From an uncultured Muribaculaceae bacterium (GTDB lineage: Bacteria > Bacillota_I > Bacilli_A > RF39 > UBA660): a stretch of DNA of 64,000 nucleotides. The position numbers and the translations under genes are program-made. The DNA lies in assembly GCA_964371025.1 (NCBI GenBank), contig CAYJKH010000004.1, positions 46,448 through 110,447 on the forward strand. Direction: 5' to 3'. The notes beneath the pieces were generated by a model. The model did not search any database and was not told the DNA's origin. It saw only the letters and a program-made list of their open reading frames with translations. Of the stretch, positions 1 through 9,658 are shown piece by piece. The stretch's first letter is position 1. Each line of letters opens with the position of its first letter.

Positions 1-159
1 AAGGAAACATTAATAAAGTATGATATTGTTGATACGAATCGTCTTTTAGAAATAGAGGGTAGTAGTGACAATGTTATTAATAGTGATGGAACTGTTTTAG
101 TAAAAGAATGGAAAGAATTAGCAGAGAAATTCGGAGCAGTATGCGATGATATTAAATAA
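1..159 (+). CDS. 3' end of an unidentified CDS (truncated by window edge)
   Basis: Frame 1 is open from base 1 to TAA at 157-159 (...KEWKELAEKFGAVCDDIK*). Too short for family assignment. Confidence 0.35.
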   Translation, partial: KETLIKYDIVDTNRLLEIEGSSDNVINSDGTVLVKEWKELAEKFGAVCDDIK

Positions 160-175
160 AATATAAGGAGTAAAG

Positions 176-733
176 ATGGAGAGTTTCCGGTATAAAGAAG
201 TAAAATATTTAAATAAAATAGAAAAGAAAGAAGTGAATGAGTTATTAAATAGCTCATTTCCGAAGGATCAAAGAACACCGTTATGGTATTTGATATTAAG
301 AAGTAAAAATAAATATATAAAATTTTATGCTTTTTATGATGATGATAAACTTGTAGGACTTACATATTTTATATTAAGTGAAAACACGACATTTTTATTA
401 TATTTTGCAATAAATCCTAATATTAGAAGTAAAGGTTATGGAAGTAGATTGTTAAATTTTGTAAAAGAATATAAAAATGATAATAAAGTATTTTTAACAA
501 TTGAAGAAGTAGATAAAAAATATGATAATTATTGCCAAAGATTACAAAGATATAATTTCTATATTAAGAATAATTTTACTTTAGAATCATTTTTAGTCCA
601 TGAATACGGAGACGGAGACTATATGTTTATGTCATATAATGGTAAATGTACTTTTACGGATTTAGAAAAAGCTATTAAGGTTTTAACGACTCCATTATTT
701 TATAATTTTTATAAAGCAGAATTAAAAGAATAA
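176..733 (+). CDS. GNAT-family N-acetyltransferase
   Basis: AAGGAG RBS about 7 nt upstream of the ATG. The 185-aa protein has the acetyl-CoA-binding motif A (RSKGYGSRLL, Q/RxxGxG/A type). Confidence 0.65.
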   Translation: MESFRYKEVKYLNKIEKKEVNELLNSSFPKDQRTPLWYLILRSKNKYIKFYAFYDDDKLVGLTYFILSENTTFLLYFAINPNIRSKGYGSRLLNFVKEYKNDNKVFLTIEEVDKKYDNYCQRLQRYNFYIKNNFTLESFLVHEYGDGDYMFMSYNGKCTFTDLEKAIKVLTTPLFYNFYKAELKE

Positions 734-745
734 AGAGGTGAATTT

Positions 746-2389
746 ATGAAAAAATTAAAGAACTGTAAAGTTGAAATAATAGCATTATTTATAGTAATTA
801 TATTATTAATAGGGTCATCATATGCCTTATTTGTAATATCTAATCAAAGTACTAATGAAATAAAGTTTACAGGACATCAGTATCAATCTCTTGTCTTAAA
901 TGACACTGAAGCTACTTCTATTAATATGTTAAATGCATATCCTATGAGTGACTCTAAAGGATTAAGAACAACAGTTTATGAATTTACTTTAACAAATAAT
1001 GATACAATATATCAAGATTATACTTTATATATTGATACTTATAAAGACCTTCCAAATGAGACTTTAGGGGAATATAAAAAGATATCATTTACAAAAAATG
1101 GAACAACTAATCCAGTAGTAGAATTATCAAGTTTACCAACTATGCCTTTAACTGAAGACGATCCAACTATGGATGATACTATTATGAAAAAAATCATTAT
1201 AGACGAAGGATTAATTGCTCCAGGAGAAACTATAACTTATTCATATCAAATATGGATAAAAGAGGATGCTCCTGATACTGTTCAAGGAACAATGTTTAAT
1301 GGTAAAGTTAAAGTACTAGGTAGCCAAACTATTGAAAGGTATTCTGCGATGAAGGCAGTAGATGCTCCGGGTGGATGGTTTGAAGCGTTAGGAACTATAT
1401 ATCAAACTTCTGTTGCATATGATGAAATTAATGAAATTATCTTTGAAAAAAGTAGTGACACAACTTCATATGAAAATGCTATAAATAAATGGGACTTTTC
1501 CAATAATAATGATGAAAGTATCTTAGCGTATCTTGACAATAATAAAGTTTTTCATATCCAGTCTGAAAATAAAATTTTAGCACCTGAAAGTTTAAATAAT
1601 ATGTTTGCTATTCCTATTACAAAAGTCAACTTTGAAAATTTTAGTACCATAAATACAATAAATATGACTAATATGTTTAATTATAGTGAATTAACTAGTA
1701 TAGATTTAAGTTCTTTTGATACAAGTAATGTAGTGGATATGAGCGAAATGTTTTATGAGAGTAAATTCACATCTTTAGACTTAAGTAATTTTGATACAAG
1801 CAAGGTTATAAAAATGAATAATATGTTTAAAGATACTGAAGTGCAAAGTTTAAATTTATCTAGCTTTGATACAAGTAATGTAGTGGATATGAGCGGGATG
1901 TTTCAACTTAGTAAAGTTAATACTCTAAATTTAGATAATTTTAATACAAGTAAAGTAACAAATATGAGTAGTATGTTTGCCACAGAAACTATTCAAAATT
2001 TAAATATAAATAGTTTTGATACAAGCAATGTAGTAAATATGAGTTCAATGTTTGGAGAAATTGGAGAGATAAGTCTAAATTTAAGTTCATTTGATACAAG
2101 TAAAGTAACAGATATGGGATGGATGTTTTCAAATAGTGAAATTAGCAGCCTAGATTTATCTAATTTTGATACAAGGCAAGTAACAGATATGGAATATATG
2201 TTTTATAATAGTGTTGTAACAAGTCTAGATTTAAATTCATTTGATACAAGTAAAGTAACAAATATGAGTAATATGTTTTTTGAAAGTGCTGTAACAACAG
2301 TATATGCAAGAACATTAGCTGATAAAACAAAATATGATACATCAAGTGGGAAACCAACAGGTTTAAATGTAATTGTTGGAACCCCTTAA
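746..2389 (+). CDS. Surface protein with DUF285/BspA-like 25-residue repeats and an N-terminal signal-anchor
   Basis: AAGAGGTG RBS. Hydrophobic N-terminus (MKKLKNCKVEIIALFIVIILLIGSSYALF), then a beta-rich domain, then nine repeats of consensus LxLSxFDTSxVxxMxxMF. This is the signature of the DUF285 / bacterial surface protein 26-residue repeat family. Confidence 0.8.
   Translation: MKKLKNCKVEIIALFIVIILLIGSSYALFVISNQSTNEIKFTGHQYQSLVLNDTEATSINMLNAYPMSDSKGLRTTVYEFTLTNNDTIYQDYTLYIDTYKDLPNETLGEYKKISFTKNGTTNPVVELSSLPTMPLTEDDPTMDDTIMKKIIIDEGLIAPGETITYSYQIWIKEDAPDTVQGTMFNGKVKVLGSQTIERYSAMKAVDAPGGWFEALGTIYQTSVAYDEINEIIFEKSSDTTSYENAINKWDFSNNNDESILAYLDNNKVFHIQSENKILAPESLNNMFAIPITKVNFENFSTINTINMTNMFNYSELTSIDLSSFDTSNVVDMSEMFYESKFTSLDLSNFDTSKVIKMNNMFKDTEVQSLNLSSFDTSNVVDMSGMFQLSKVNTLNLDNFNTSKVTNMSSMFATETIQNLNINSFDTSNVVNMSSMFGEIGEISLNLSSFDTSKVTDMGWMFSNSEISSLDLSNFDTRQVTDMEYMFYNSVVTSLDLNSFDTSKVTNMSNMFFESAVTTVYARTLADKTKYDTSSGKPTGLNVIVGTP
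1625..2300 (+). repeat. Intragenic tandem repeats, 75 bp (25 codons), about 9 units
   Basis: Near-identical DNA units, for example TTTGATACAAGTAATGTAGTGGATATGAGCG at about 1715 and about 1865. Periodic FDTS(N/K)V..M..MF in the translation. Confidence 0.85.
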
Positions 2390-2400
2390 ATTAAGTTAAT

Positions 2401-2430
2401 AAAAGATTAGATAATTTCTAATCTTTTTTG
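2401..2430 (+). terminator. Rho-independent terminator after the DUF285 gene
   Basis: Stem AAAGATTAGA (2402-2411) / TCTAATCTTT (2417-2426), 5-nt loop, followed by a T-run. Confidence 0.75.
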
Positions 2431-2502
2431 TTTAATTATATTTATTTTTACTAGAAATTAGGAAGTAATTATGTTAAAATAGATAAGAAAAGTGGAGGGA
2501 AT

Positions 2503-2994
2503 ATGTTAAAAATAAAAGGCGAAAAAGTAAAAGTTCAATCTAGTGAAATAAATATTAGACATCGTTATTTTGAAGAGTGTAATATTATAACGATTGGTTT
2601 AAGAACTAGTTTTTATCCAATATTAATAAATGATCGTATTGTTCATGGAACAATTGAGGTTAGTGTTGATACTGATAATGTTAATTCTTTAAGAGAATTA
2701 AATGGTAAAGAGTTTAAGGAAGGGAAATTATCAGTTACTTTAAATGAAGATGGTATATGGAATACTTATAAGTACAATGAGTTTAAATTATCTTTTGGAG
2801 AGTATGAAGATAACTGTGTTAAAGTTGAACTAGAACTTGATGAAATTGAATTAAAGAAAAAATCTTATGTAGAAAGTATTTATACATTTAATGAAGAGAA
2901 CTTAAATAAACATTTTGATATGTCAGATTTTTATGACAAGAAAATTATAAAACAAATGAGTAATAAAGAAATTATTAAGTATTATACTAAATAA
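2503..2994 (+). CDS. Hypothetical protein (163 aa, soluble)
   Basis: GGAGGG RBS before the ATG. Uninterrupted ORF with local codon style. No motif recognised. Confidence 0.55.
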   Translation: MLKIKGEKVKVQSSEINIRHRYFEECNIITIGLRTSFYPILINDRIVHGTIEVSVDTDNVNSLRELNGKEFKEGKLSVTLNEDGIWNTYKYNEFKLSFGEYEDNCVKVELELDEIELKKKSYVESIYTFNEENLNKHFDMSDFYDKKIIKQMSNKEIIKYYTK

Positions 2995-3009
2995 TAGGAA
3001 GGAGTTTAT

Positions 3010-4668
3010 ATGGAAGAAAAAATTAAAATAGCAGAGTTATTATTTCCTGATAATAAATATAGTATTTCAGAAATTGAAAATATGTATAAACCTCGTGATT
3101 TAAATGATGGAGCAATGGTTACAAGACTGGGCCCATCTCCAACCGGATTTATTCATATGGGTAGTTTGTATGGATCTTTTATTGATAAAACTTTTGCTAA
3201 TCAAACAAATGGAGTGTTTTTCTTAAGAATTGAAGATACGGATAGTAAAAGAGAAGTAGAAGGCGGTGTAGAAGGGGTATTTAATGACTTAAATACATTT
3301 AATTTAACTCCTGATGAAGGAGAATCGTTCGGTGGTAATTATGGACCTTATAAGCAGTCTTTAAGAAATGATATTTATCATTCTTATATTAAAAAAATGA
3401 TTATAGATAATAAGGCATATCCATGTTTTATGAGTGAAAAAGAATTAGAAGCAATTCGTGAAGAACAAGAAATTAATAAAACTAAGTTTGGAATATATGG
3501 ACATTATGCAACAGATAGAGATTTATCATATGAAGAAATAGAAAATAAAATAAATAATGGTGAAAGTTATGTAATTAGATTAAAGTCATTTGGTAATCCT
3601 AATAACACAGTAGTTATTAAAGATGCTATTAAAGGAGATATTACATTTCCAGAAAATGATATAGATTATGTTTTAATAAAAAAAGATAAAACACCAGTAT
3701 ACCATTTTGCTCATGTATGTGATGATTATTTAATGAAAACAACTCATGTTATAAGAGGAGACGAATGGTTATCAAGTACACCAGTTCACTATCAAATATT
3801 TAATTATCTTAATTTAGAAAAACCAATCTATGCTCATCACGGAACAGTTAATAAAATAGAGGATGGAAAAACTCGTAAAATTTCGAAAAGAAAAGATCCT
3901 GAGGCCAAAGCATCTTATTATGAAGAACAAGGAATTCCAGTAGAAGCTCTTCACTTATACTTAGCTACAATTATGAACACTAATTTTGAAGAGTGGTATT
4001 TAGAAAATCCAACTAAAGGAATATCTGACTTTACTTTTACTTTTGATAAAATACCTGTAAGTGGAACATTATTTGATTTAGAAAAACTAATGAATATTTC
4101 TAAAACTTATTTTTCTACTAAAAATACAAATGATATTTATGAAGAAGCTTTAATTTATACAGAAAAGTTTGATAAAGAATTTAATTTATTAATGAAAAAC
4201 AATAAAGAAAATATGATTAAATTTTTAAATATTGAAAAAGATGGAGACAGAGTTAGAAAAGATATTGCTAAATATAGTGATATTAAAGAAGAATTTTACT
4301 ATGCCTTTGATGAACTATTTGAAAAGTATGCATATCTTAATATAGAAGATAAATATGATACAGAGTTATTAAGTAAGTATATTGATTCTCTTGTTTTAGA
4401 TAAGACAAAAGATGAGTGGTTTATGGCGACTAAAGAGTTTGCTATTAATAATGGTTTTGCACCAAATCCTAAAACGTATAAAAAAGATCCAGATAGTTAT
4501 ATTGGACATGTTGGAACATTATGCGAAGCATTAAGAGTAGTAGTTACTGGTAAGTCTAAATCTCCTGATTTATATGAAATACTTACAATCTTAGGAATTG
4601 ATAAAATAAAAGAAAGATTAAAATTATATAAAAATATTGAAATAGGTAAGGAGAGATTAAATGATTAG
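3010..4668 (+). CDS. gltX: Glutamate--tRNA ligase (long form, 552 aa)
   Basis: Class I signatures: HIGH-type PSPTGFIHMGS, RIEDTD box typical of GluRS, KMSKS-type KISKRK. AAGGAG RBS. Confidence 0.85.
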   Translation: MEEKIKIAELLFPDNKYSISEIENMYKPRDLNDGAMVTRLGPSPTGFIHMGSLYGSFIDKTFANQTNGVFFLRIEDTDSKREVEGGVEGVFNDLNTFNLTPDEGESFGGNYGPYKQSLRNDIYHSYIKKMIIDNKAYPCFMSEKELEAIREEQEINKTKFGIYGHYATDRDLSYEEIENKINNGESYVIRLKSFGNPNNTVVIKDAIKGDITFPENDIDYVLIKKDKTPVYHFAHVCDDYLMKTTHVIRGDEWLSSTPVHYQIFNYLNLEKPIYAHHGTVNKIEDGKTRKISKRKDPEAKASYYEEQGIPVEALHLYLATIMNTNFEEWYLENPTKGISDFTFTFDKIPVSGTLFDLEKLMNISKTYFSTKNTNDIYEEALIYTEKFDKEFNLLMKNNKENMIKFLNIEKDGDRVRKDIAKYSDIKEEFYYAFDELFEKYAYLNIEDKYDTELLSKYIDSLVLDKTKDEWFMATKEFAINNGFAPNPKTYKKDPDSYIGHVGTLCEALRVVVTGKSKSPDLYEILTILGIDKIKERLKLYKNIEIGKERLND

Positions 4669-6817
4669 ATTATTAAAATATTTAAAAAGTTCATTTATAT
4701 TAGTTATTTTAATAATTTGTTTATTAATTCTCCAAGCCTTTTTGGATTTAACATTACCTGATTATACCGCTAAAATAGTAGACGTTGGTATATCACAAGG
4801 TGGAATTGAAAATGCTGCAATTGAAGAAATTGGAGAGTCGACTTATAATGAATTAAAATATTTAATGAATCATGATGATGCATTAGTTTTAGAAGAAAAT
4901 TATTCTTATAAATATTATTTTAATGGCGAAAATATTTATACGTTAAACCCAAATGCAGATATTGATAAGGTAAGTAAAGTAATGCTGGAACCTATGAATA
5001 TTTTAAATATGCTAGAAAGTCCAGAATTTGCAAAAGAAAATAACATGGAAAGTCCAATAAATATATATCATTATATTGGGGCAATGGATGCTAAACAGTT
5101 AGAGATGTTTAATAAAACTATTACTGAAGAAATGGCAAAATATCCTGATACTTTCTTAATGCAAGGAGCTATTACCTTTATAAATAAAGAGTATGAAAGA
5201 ATTGAAATAGATACTGATCAATTTCAAACATCATATATTTTAAAAACTGGTATTATAATGATACTAATTACATTAAGTGCTGCATTAGTAGGAATAGCAG
5301 TTATTTACTTAAGTGCCAAAGTTGCAGCTACTCTTGCTAAAAATTTACGTAATAAAGTCTATTCTAAAGTTTTAAAAATGTCAAAGGATGATGTTACTAA
5401 AATTGGAACAGCATCATTAATTACAAGAACAACAAATGATATTCAACAAGTTCAATCAGTTATGGCAGTATTTTTCAAAATAGTAATATATGCTCCGATT
5501 ATAGCAGTTGGAGGGGTTATTAAAGCCAGCAATACTAATAATGAAATGCTAGATATAATATTATATTCATTAATTGCTATCTTACTTTTAATGATGATTT
5601 TATTTACTTTTGCACTTCCTAAATTTAAGAAAATTCAAAGTTTAATTGATAAATTAAATTTAGTAGCACGTGAAAGTTTGGCAGGTATTTCTATTATAAG
5701 AGCATTTTCTAATCAGAAACAAGATGAAGAAAAATTTGAAAAAACAAATGATGCTTTAACTAAAAATAATAAATCAGTACTTATTATCATGAGTTTTATG
5801 ATGCCAATGATGATGCTAATATTAAATATAACAGTTTTAGCAATCGTATATTTTGGAGCAAAAAGTGTTGATTTAGGAACAATGCAAGTAGGGGATATAA
5901 TGGCATTTATTCAATATACAATGCAAATTATAATGGCATTTGTAATGATATCAGTTATGGCTATATTACTTCCAAGAGCAAATATCTCGGCTAAAAGAAT
6001 TAATGAGGTATTAACTACTAAAATTAATATTAAAACTAATAAAAAATCCAAAAATTTTGACAAAACTAAAAAAGGTTTAGTAGAGTTTAAGAATGTTTCA
6101 TTTAAATATTCTGATGCTGATTATGATACCATATCAGATGTTACTTTTACTGCAAAACCTGGACAAATAACAGCGTTTGTAGGGTCTACTGGTAGTGGGA
6201 AATCTACTATAGTTAATTTAATGCCAAGATTTTTCGATACAACAAGTGGTGAAATTTTCATTGATGGTATTAATATTAAGGAAGCTAATTTAGAATCACT
6301 GCGTAATAAAATAGGGTTAGTTCCTCAAAAAGGTATTTTATTTTCAAAAACAATCAAAGAAAATATTAAGTTTGCAAATCGTAAAATAAACGATACCGAT
6401 ATTTCTAACGCTTTAGAAATTGCTCAAGCAAAATCTTTTGTATCATCATTTAAAGATAAAATAAATCATAAAATATCACAAGATGGTTCAAATGTAAGTG
6501 GTGGTCAAAGACAACGTTTAGCAATTGCTCGTGCTATTGCTAAGAATCCAGATATTCTAATTTTTGATGATTCATTTTCTGCTTTAGACTATAAAACAGA
6601 TGTTAAAGTTCGAAAAGCTTTACAAAAACAAATTAAAGATAAGACAGTCTTTATAGTAGCTCAAAGAATTTCAACTATAAAAGATGCCGATAATATTATT
6701 GTTTTAAATGAAGGGAGTATTGTCGGTAGTGGAAAGCATCATGAATTATTAAAATCATGTAATGTTTATAAAGAAATAGCAAATTCTCAATTAAATGAGG
6801 AAGAGGAGGTTATCTAA
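4661..6817 (+). CDS. ABC exporter, fused permease/ATPase (half of a heterodimer)
   Basis: TM domain followed by Walker A GSTGSGKST, signature VSGGQRQR and Walker B ILIFDD. Overlaps gltX by 8 nt. Confidence 0.85.
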   Translation: MIRLLKYLKSSFILVILIICLLILQAFLDLTLPDYTAKIVDVGISQGGIENAAIEEIGESTYNELKYLMNHDDALVLEENYSYKYYFNGENIYTLNPNADIDKVSKVMLEPMNILNMLESPEFAKENNMESPINIYHYIGAMDAKQLEMFNKTITEEMAKYPDTFLMQGAITFINKEYERIEIDTDQFQTSYILKTGIIMILITLSAALVGIAVIYLSAKVAATLAKNLRNKVYSKVLKMSKDDVTKIGTASLITRTTNDIQQVQSVMAVFFKIVIYAPIIAVGGVIKASNTNNEMLDIILYSLIAILLLMMILFTFALPKFKKIQSLIDKLNLVARESLAGISIIRAFSNQKQDEEKFEKTNDALTKNNKSVLIIMSFMMPMMMLILNITVLAIVYFGAKSVDLGTMQVGDIMAFIQYTMQIIMAFVMISVMAILLPRANISAKRINEVLTTKINIKTNKKSKNFDKTKKGLVEFKNVSFKYSDADYDTISDVTFTAKPGQITAFVGSTGSGKSTIVNLMPRFFDTTSGEIFIDGINIKEANLESLRNKIGLVPQKGILFSKTIKENIKFANRKINDTDISNALEIAQAKSFVSSFKDKINHKISQDGSNVSGGQRQRLAIARAIAKNPDILIFDDSFSALDYKTDVKVRKALQKQIKDKTVFIVAQRISTIKDADNIIVLNEGSIVGSGKHHELLKSCNVYKEIANSQLNEEEEVI

Positions 6818-8673
6818 TGAAAGAAAGTATAAAATATTTAGCCTCGCTTCTTGGAAACTATAAGAAAAGGTTATTTTTAGTATTTATATTTGCGATATTA
6901 TCAACTGTTTTTGCAATACTAGGGCCAAAATTTATTGGTATCATCACAACTGAAGTTTTTGAAGGATTTATCAAAAGTATTACAGGAGATGGTGGAATAA
7001 ATTTTGAATTTATTACTAAATGGGCAATAATTTTAATTGTTTTATATGTAGTAAGTTCTATTTTTGCAATCTTACAAAATACAATTATGGCTAAAGTTGC
7101 TAATAATATAGCATTTAATTTAAGAAGAAAAATAAGTAAAAAAATCAATAAATTATCTATGAAATATTTTGATCAAAAAAATCATGGAGAAACATTATCG
7201 ATAATAACGAATGATGTAGATTTACTAACTCAAATGTTATCACAATCTATAACAACACTTATTACAGGAACAGTTACAATTGTTGGGATAATTATTATTA
7301 TGTTTACAATTAACTGGATTATGGCTGTTGTGTCATTAATTATGGTTCCGTTAATTATGATTATTGTTAAATCAATAGTTAAAAAGAGTCAAACTTATTT
7401 TGATAATAACCAAAAAGTTCTTGGAGATATGAGTGGATTTATAGAAGAAAGTTATGCTGGTCATGATATAATTCAATCATTTAATGGTGAAAAAAGTAGT
7501 ATTAAAGAATTTAAAGATATAAATGAAGATTTATATGATAATGCTTGGAAAAGTCAATTTTTTACTAATTTAATGCAACCATTAATGACCTTTATAGGAA
7601 ATTTTGGGTATGTAGTAATTTCCATTTTAGGAGGTTACTTAGTAACTAAAAATAAAACACAAGTAGGAGATATCGTATCTTTTACTCAATATATTAGACA
7701 ATTGACGCAACAAATTACTCAAGTAGCACAAGTTATTAGTAATTTACAAAGTGCACTTGCTGCTACTAAAAGAGTAAAAGAATTTTTAGAATTAGAAGAA
7801 GAAGTTAATAATTGTAAAGATGCTTATAGTATTCAAAAAATTAAAAGTGATGTTGAATTTAAAAAAGTGTCATTTGGATACGATAAAAAATTAGTAATTG
7901 ATAATTTTTCTATAAAGGTAAAAGAAGGTCAAAAAGTTGCAATAGTTGGTCCAACTGGAGCAGGAAAATCTACTATTATTAAACTTTTAATGAGATTTTA
8001 TGAATTAAATAGTGGTTCAATTTTAATAGATGGAAAGGACATTACTAAATTTAATCGTAATGAATTTAGAACATTATTTGGTATGGTGTCACAAGATTCT
8101 TGGCTATTTAATGGTACCATAAAAGAAAATATTCATTATGGTAATTTAAATGCTACTCATAAAGAGGTAGAAGAAGCATGTATTGCTGCTAATGTAGACC
8201 ATTTCATTAAAACATTACCAAACGGATATGATATGGTAATAAATGAAGAAGCCGATAACATATCAATTGGACAAAAACAACTTATGACAATTGCAAGAGT
8301 AATCCTTGCTAACCCAAAGATATTAATTTTAGATGAGGCAACTAGTAATGTAGATACTAGAACGGAAAAATTAATTCAAAAAGCTATGGATAATGTTATG
8401 AAGGGTAGAACAAGTTTTGTTATTGCTCATAGATTATCTACTATTAAAAATGCAGATGTTATTATTGTGATGGAAAATGGAAAAATTGTAGAACACGGGA
8501 ATCACAATAATCTAATTTCTAAAGATGGACATTATGCAAAATTATATAATTCTCAGTTTGAAGAAGTTAAATCACAAAATACTAAAGTTTCAAAAACTAA
8601 AAGTCCAACTAAAAAGAAGGAAACAACAAAGAAAAAAGTTGTAAAGAAAAGTAAAGCAAAAAAGAAAAAATAA
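6817..8673 (+). CDS. ABC exporter, fused permease/ATPase (second half), with a Lys-rich C-terminal tail
   Basis: Walker A GPTGAGKST, Walker B ILILDEATS, H-loop AHRLST. Its ATG overlaps the upstream stop (TAATG). Confidence 0.85.
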   Translation: MKESIKYLASLLGNYKKRLFLVFIFAILSTVFAILGPKFIGIITTEVFEGFIKSITGDGGINFEFITKWAIILIVLYVVSSIFAILQNTIMAKVANNIAFNLRRKISKKINKLSMKYFDQKNHGETLSIITNDVDLLTQMLSQSITTLITGTVTIVGIIIIMFTINWIMAVVSLIMVPLIMIIVKSIVKKSQTYFDNNQKVLGDMSGFIEESYAGHDIIQSFNGEKSSIKEFKDINEDLYDNAWKSQFFTNLMQPLMTFIGNFGYVVISILGGYLVTKNKTQVGDIVSFTQYIRQLTQQITQVAQVISNLQSALAATKRVKEFLELEEEVNNCKDAYSIQKIKSDVEFKKVSFGYDKKLVIDNFSIKVKEGQKVAIVGPTGAGKSTIIKLLMRFYELNSGSILIDGKDITKFNRNEFRTLFGMVSQDSWLFNGTIKENIHYGNLNATHKEVEEACIAANVDHFIKTLPNGYDMVINEEADNISIGQKQLMTIARVILANPKILILDEATSNVDTRTEKLIQKAMDNVMKGRTSFVIAHRLSTIKNADVIIVMENGKIVEHGNHNNLISKDGHYAKLYNSQFEEVKSQNTKVSKTKSPTKKKETTKKKVVKKSKAKKKK

Positions 8674-8746
8674 GAGTTTAGAGCAATCTTTTCTCTTTTT
8701 TATTTTCTAAATTAATAAACCGTGATATATTAATTAAGGTGATAGA

Positions 8747-9271
8747 ATGGAAATAACAAAGGTAATAACAGGGGTTTTAGATGAAAACTGTTATATAATA
8801 AAAGAAAAAGAAACTTGCTTAGTTGTAGACCCCGGAGCAGATTTCCCCAAAATAAAAGATGCAATCAATGAGAGAAAAGTATTAGGAGTATTAATAACTC
8901 ATTCGCACTCAGATCATATTGGAGCATTAAGAAATTTTTTAACAAATAAAAAAATTAAAATATTTAAAAAAAGTAATCTAGTTGATAATGAAAATGTTGA
9001 AATAGGAGATTTTAATTTTAAACCTATATTTACACCAGGGCATTCAAGTGATTCAGTATCATTTTATTTTGAAGATAGTAATACTCTTTTTAGTGGAGAC
9101 TTTCTTTTTAAAAATACAATCGGAAGAACTGATTTACCAACAGGAAATCAAAATGAAATGATGACTAGTATTGAAAAAATAAAAGAATATGATAAAAATA
9201 TGATTATTTATCCTGGACACGGAGATGAAACTACTTTAGATGATGAAATAAATAATAATATGTTTTTTTAA
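8747..9271 (+). CDS. MBL-fold metallo-hydrolase
   Basis: HSHSDH metal-binding motif plus downstream TPGHS and PGHG motifs. GGTGA RBS. Confidence 0.75.
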   Translation: MEITKVITGVLDENCYIIKEKETCLVVDPGADFPKIKDAINERKVLGVLITHSHSDHIGALRNFLTNKKIKIFKKSNLVDNENVEIGDFNFKPIFTPGHSSDSVSFYFEDSNTLFSGDFLFKNTIGRTDLPTGNQNEMMTSIEKIKEYDKNMIIYPGHGDETTLDDEINNNMFF

Positions 9272-9283
9272 TAGGAGATTCTT

Positions 9284-9598
9284 ATGTACTTAGATTTAAT
9301 TGTAATAGCTACCATAATAATAGTAGTAGCATTAACTAAAAAAAGATTATTTCCAGTTATATTGATAATATTTATAATGGATATATTGATGAACTTATTA
9401 GCTTTTGCTGCAAAGGTTATCCCAATAAGAGAAATATCAAGCTTTATTGTGACATATATTCCAGCTAGTTTAACAGAAGTAATTAATAAATATACTATAG
9501 ATCCAATAAATATTGCTCTACAATATTTATTAGTAGGATTAACAGTAGTATTTTTATACTATTTAATTAAAATATTTATTAAGAAGAAAAGAATATAA
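9284..9598 (+). CDS. Small integral membrane protein (104 aa)
   Basis: Three hydrophobic segments. AGGAG RBS 7 nt upstream. Confidence 0.5.
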   Translation: MYLDLIVIATIIIVVALTKKRLFPVILIIFIMDILMNLLAFAAKVIPIREISSFIVTYIPASLTEVINKYTIDPINIALQYLLVGLTVVFLYYLIKIFIKKKRI

Positions 9599-9620
9599 AA
9601 AAAATATATTCTTTTTTTTT
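9589..9620 (+). terminator. Rho-independent terminator
   Basis: Stem AAGAATATA (9589-9597) / TATATTCTT (9605-9613), A7 loop, then T7. Confidence 0.7.
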
Positions 9621-9658
9621 AATTGTGTTATACTAAAATTATAGATACAGGAGGACAT

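Noticed and set aside
746-835. N-terminus of the 547-aa protein as a third prepilin leader (MKKLKNCK-VEIIALF resembles MKSNNCKG-FVTVELLVV)
   Set aside because: It lacks the Gly at -1 and the Glu is not at +5. The GSSYALF end of the hydrophobic segment and the following domain look more like a Sec/SipW-type signal. I treat it as a signal anchor.
2160-2357. 65-aa antisense ORF inside the DUF285 gene. The same applies to 6858..7148, 13928..14113, 21078..21329, 25846..26067, 32258..32479, 37140..37391, 40138..40326, 52483..52707, 56465..56707, 57588..57803, 59367..59549 and 59575..59811.
   Set aside because: All are embedded in, or antisense to, long well-supported genes. They lack RBSs and have the Leu/Ile/Phe/Tyr-rich composition expected from reading AT-rich coding DNA in the wrong frame or strand.
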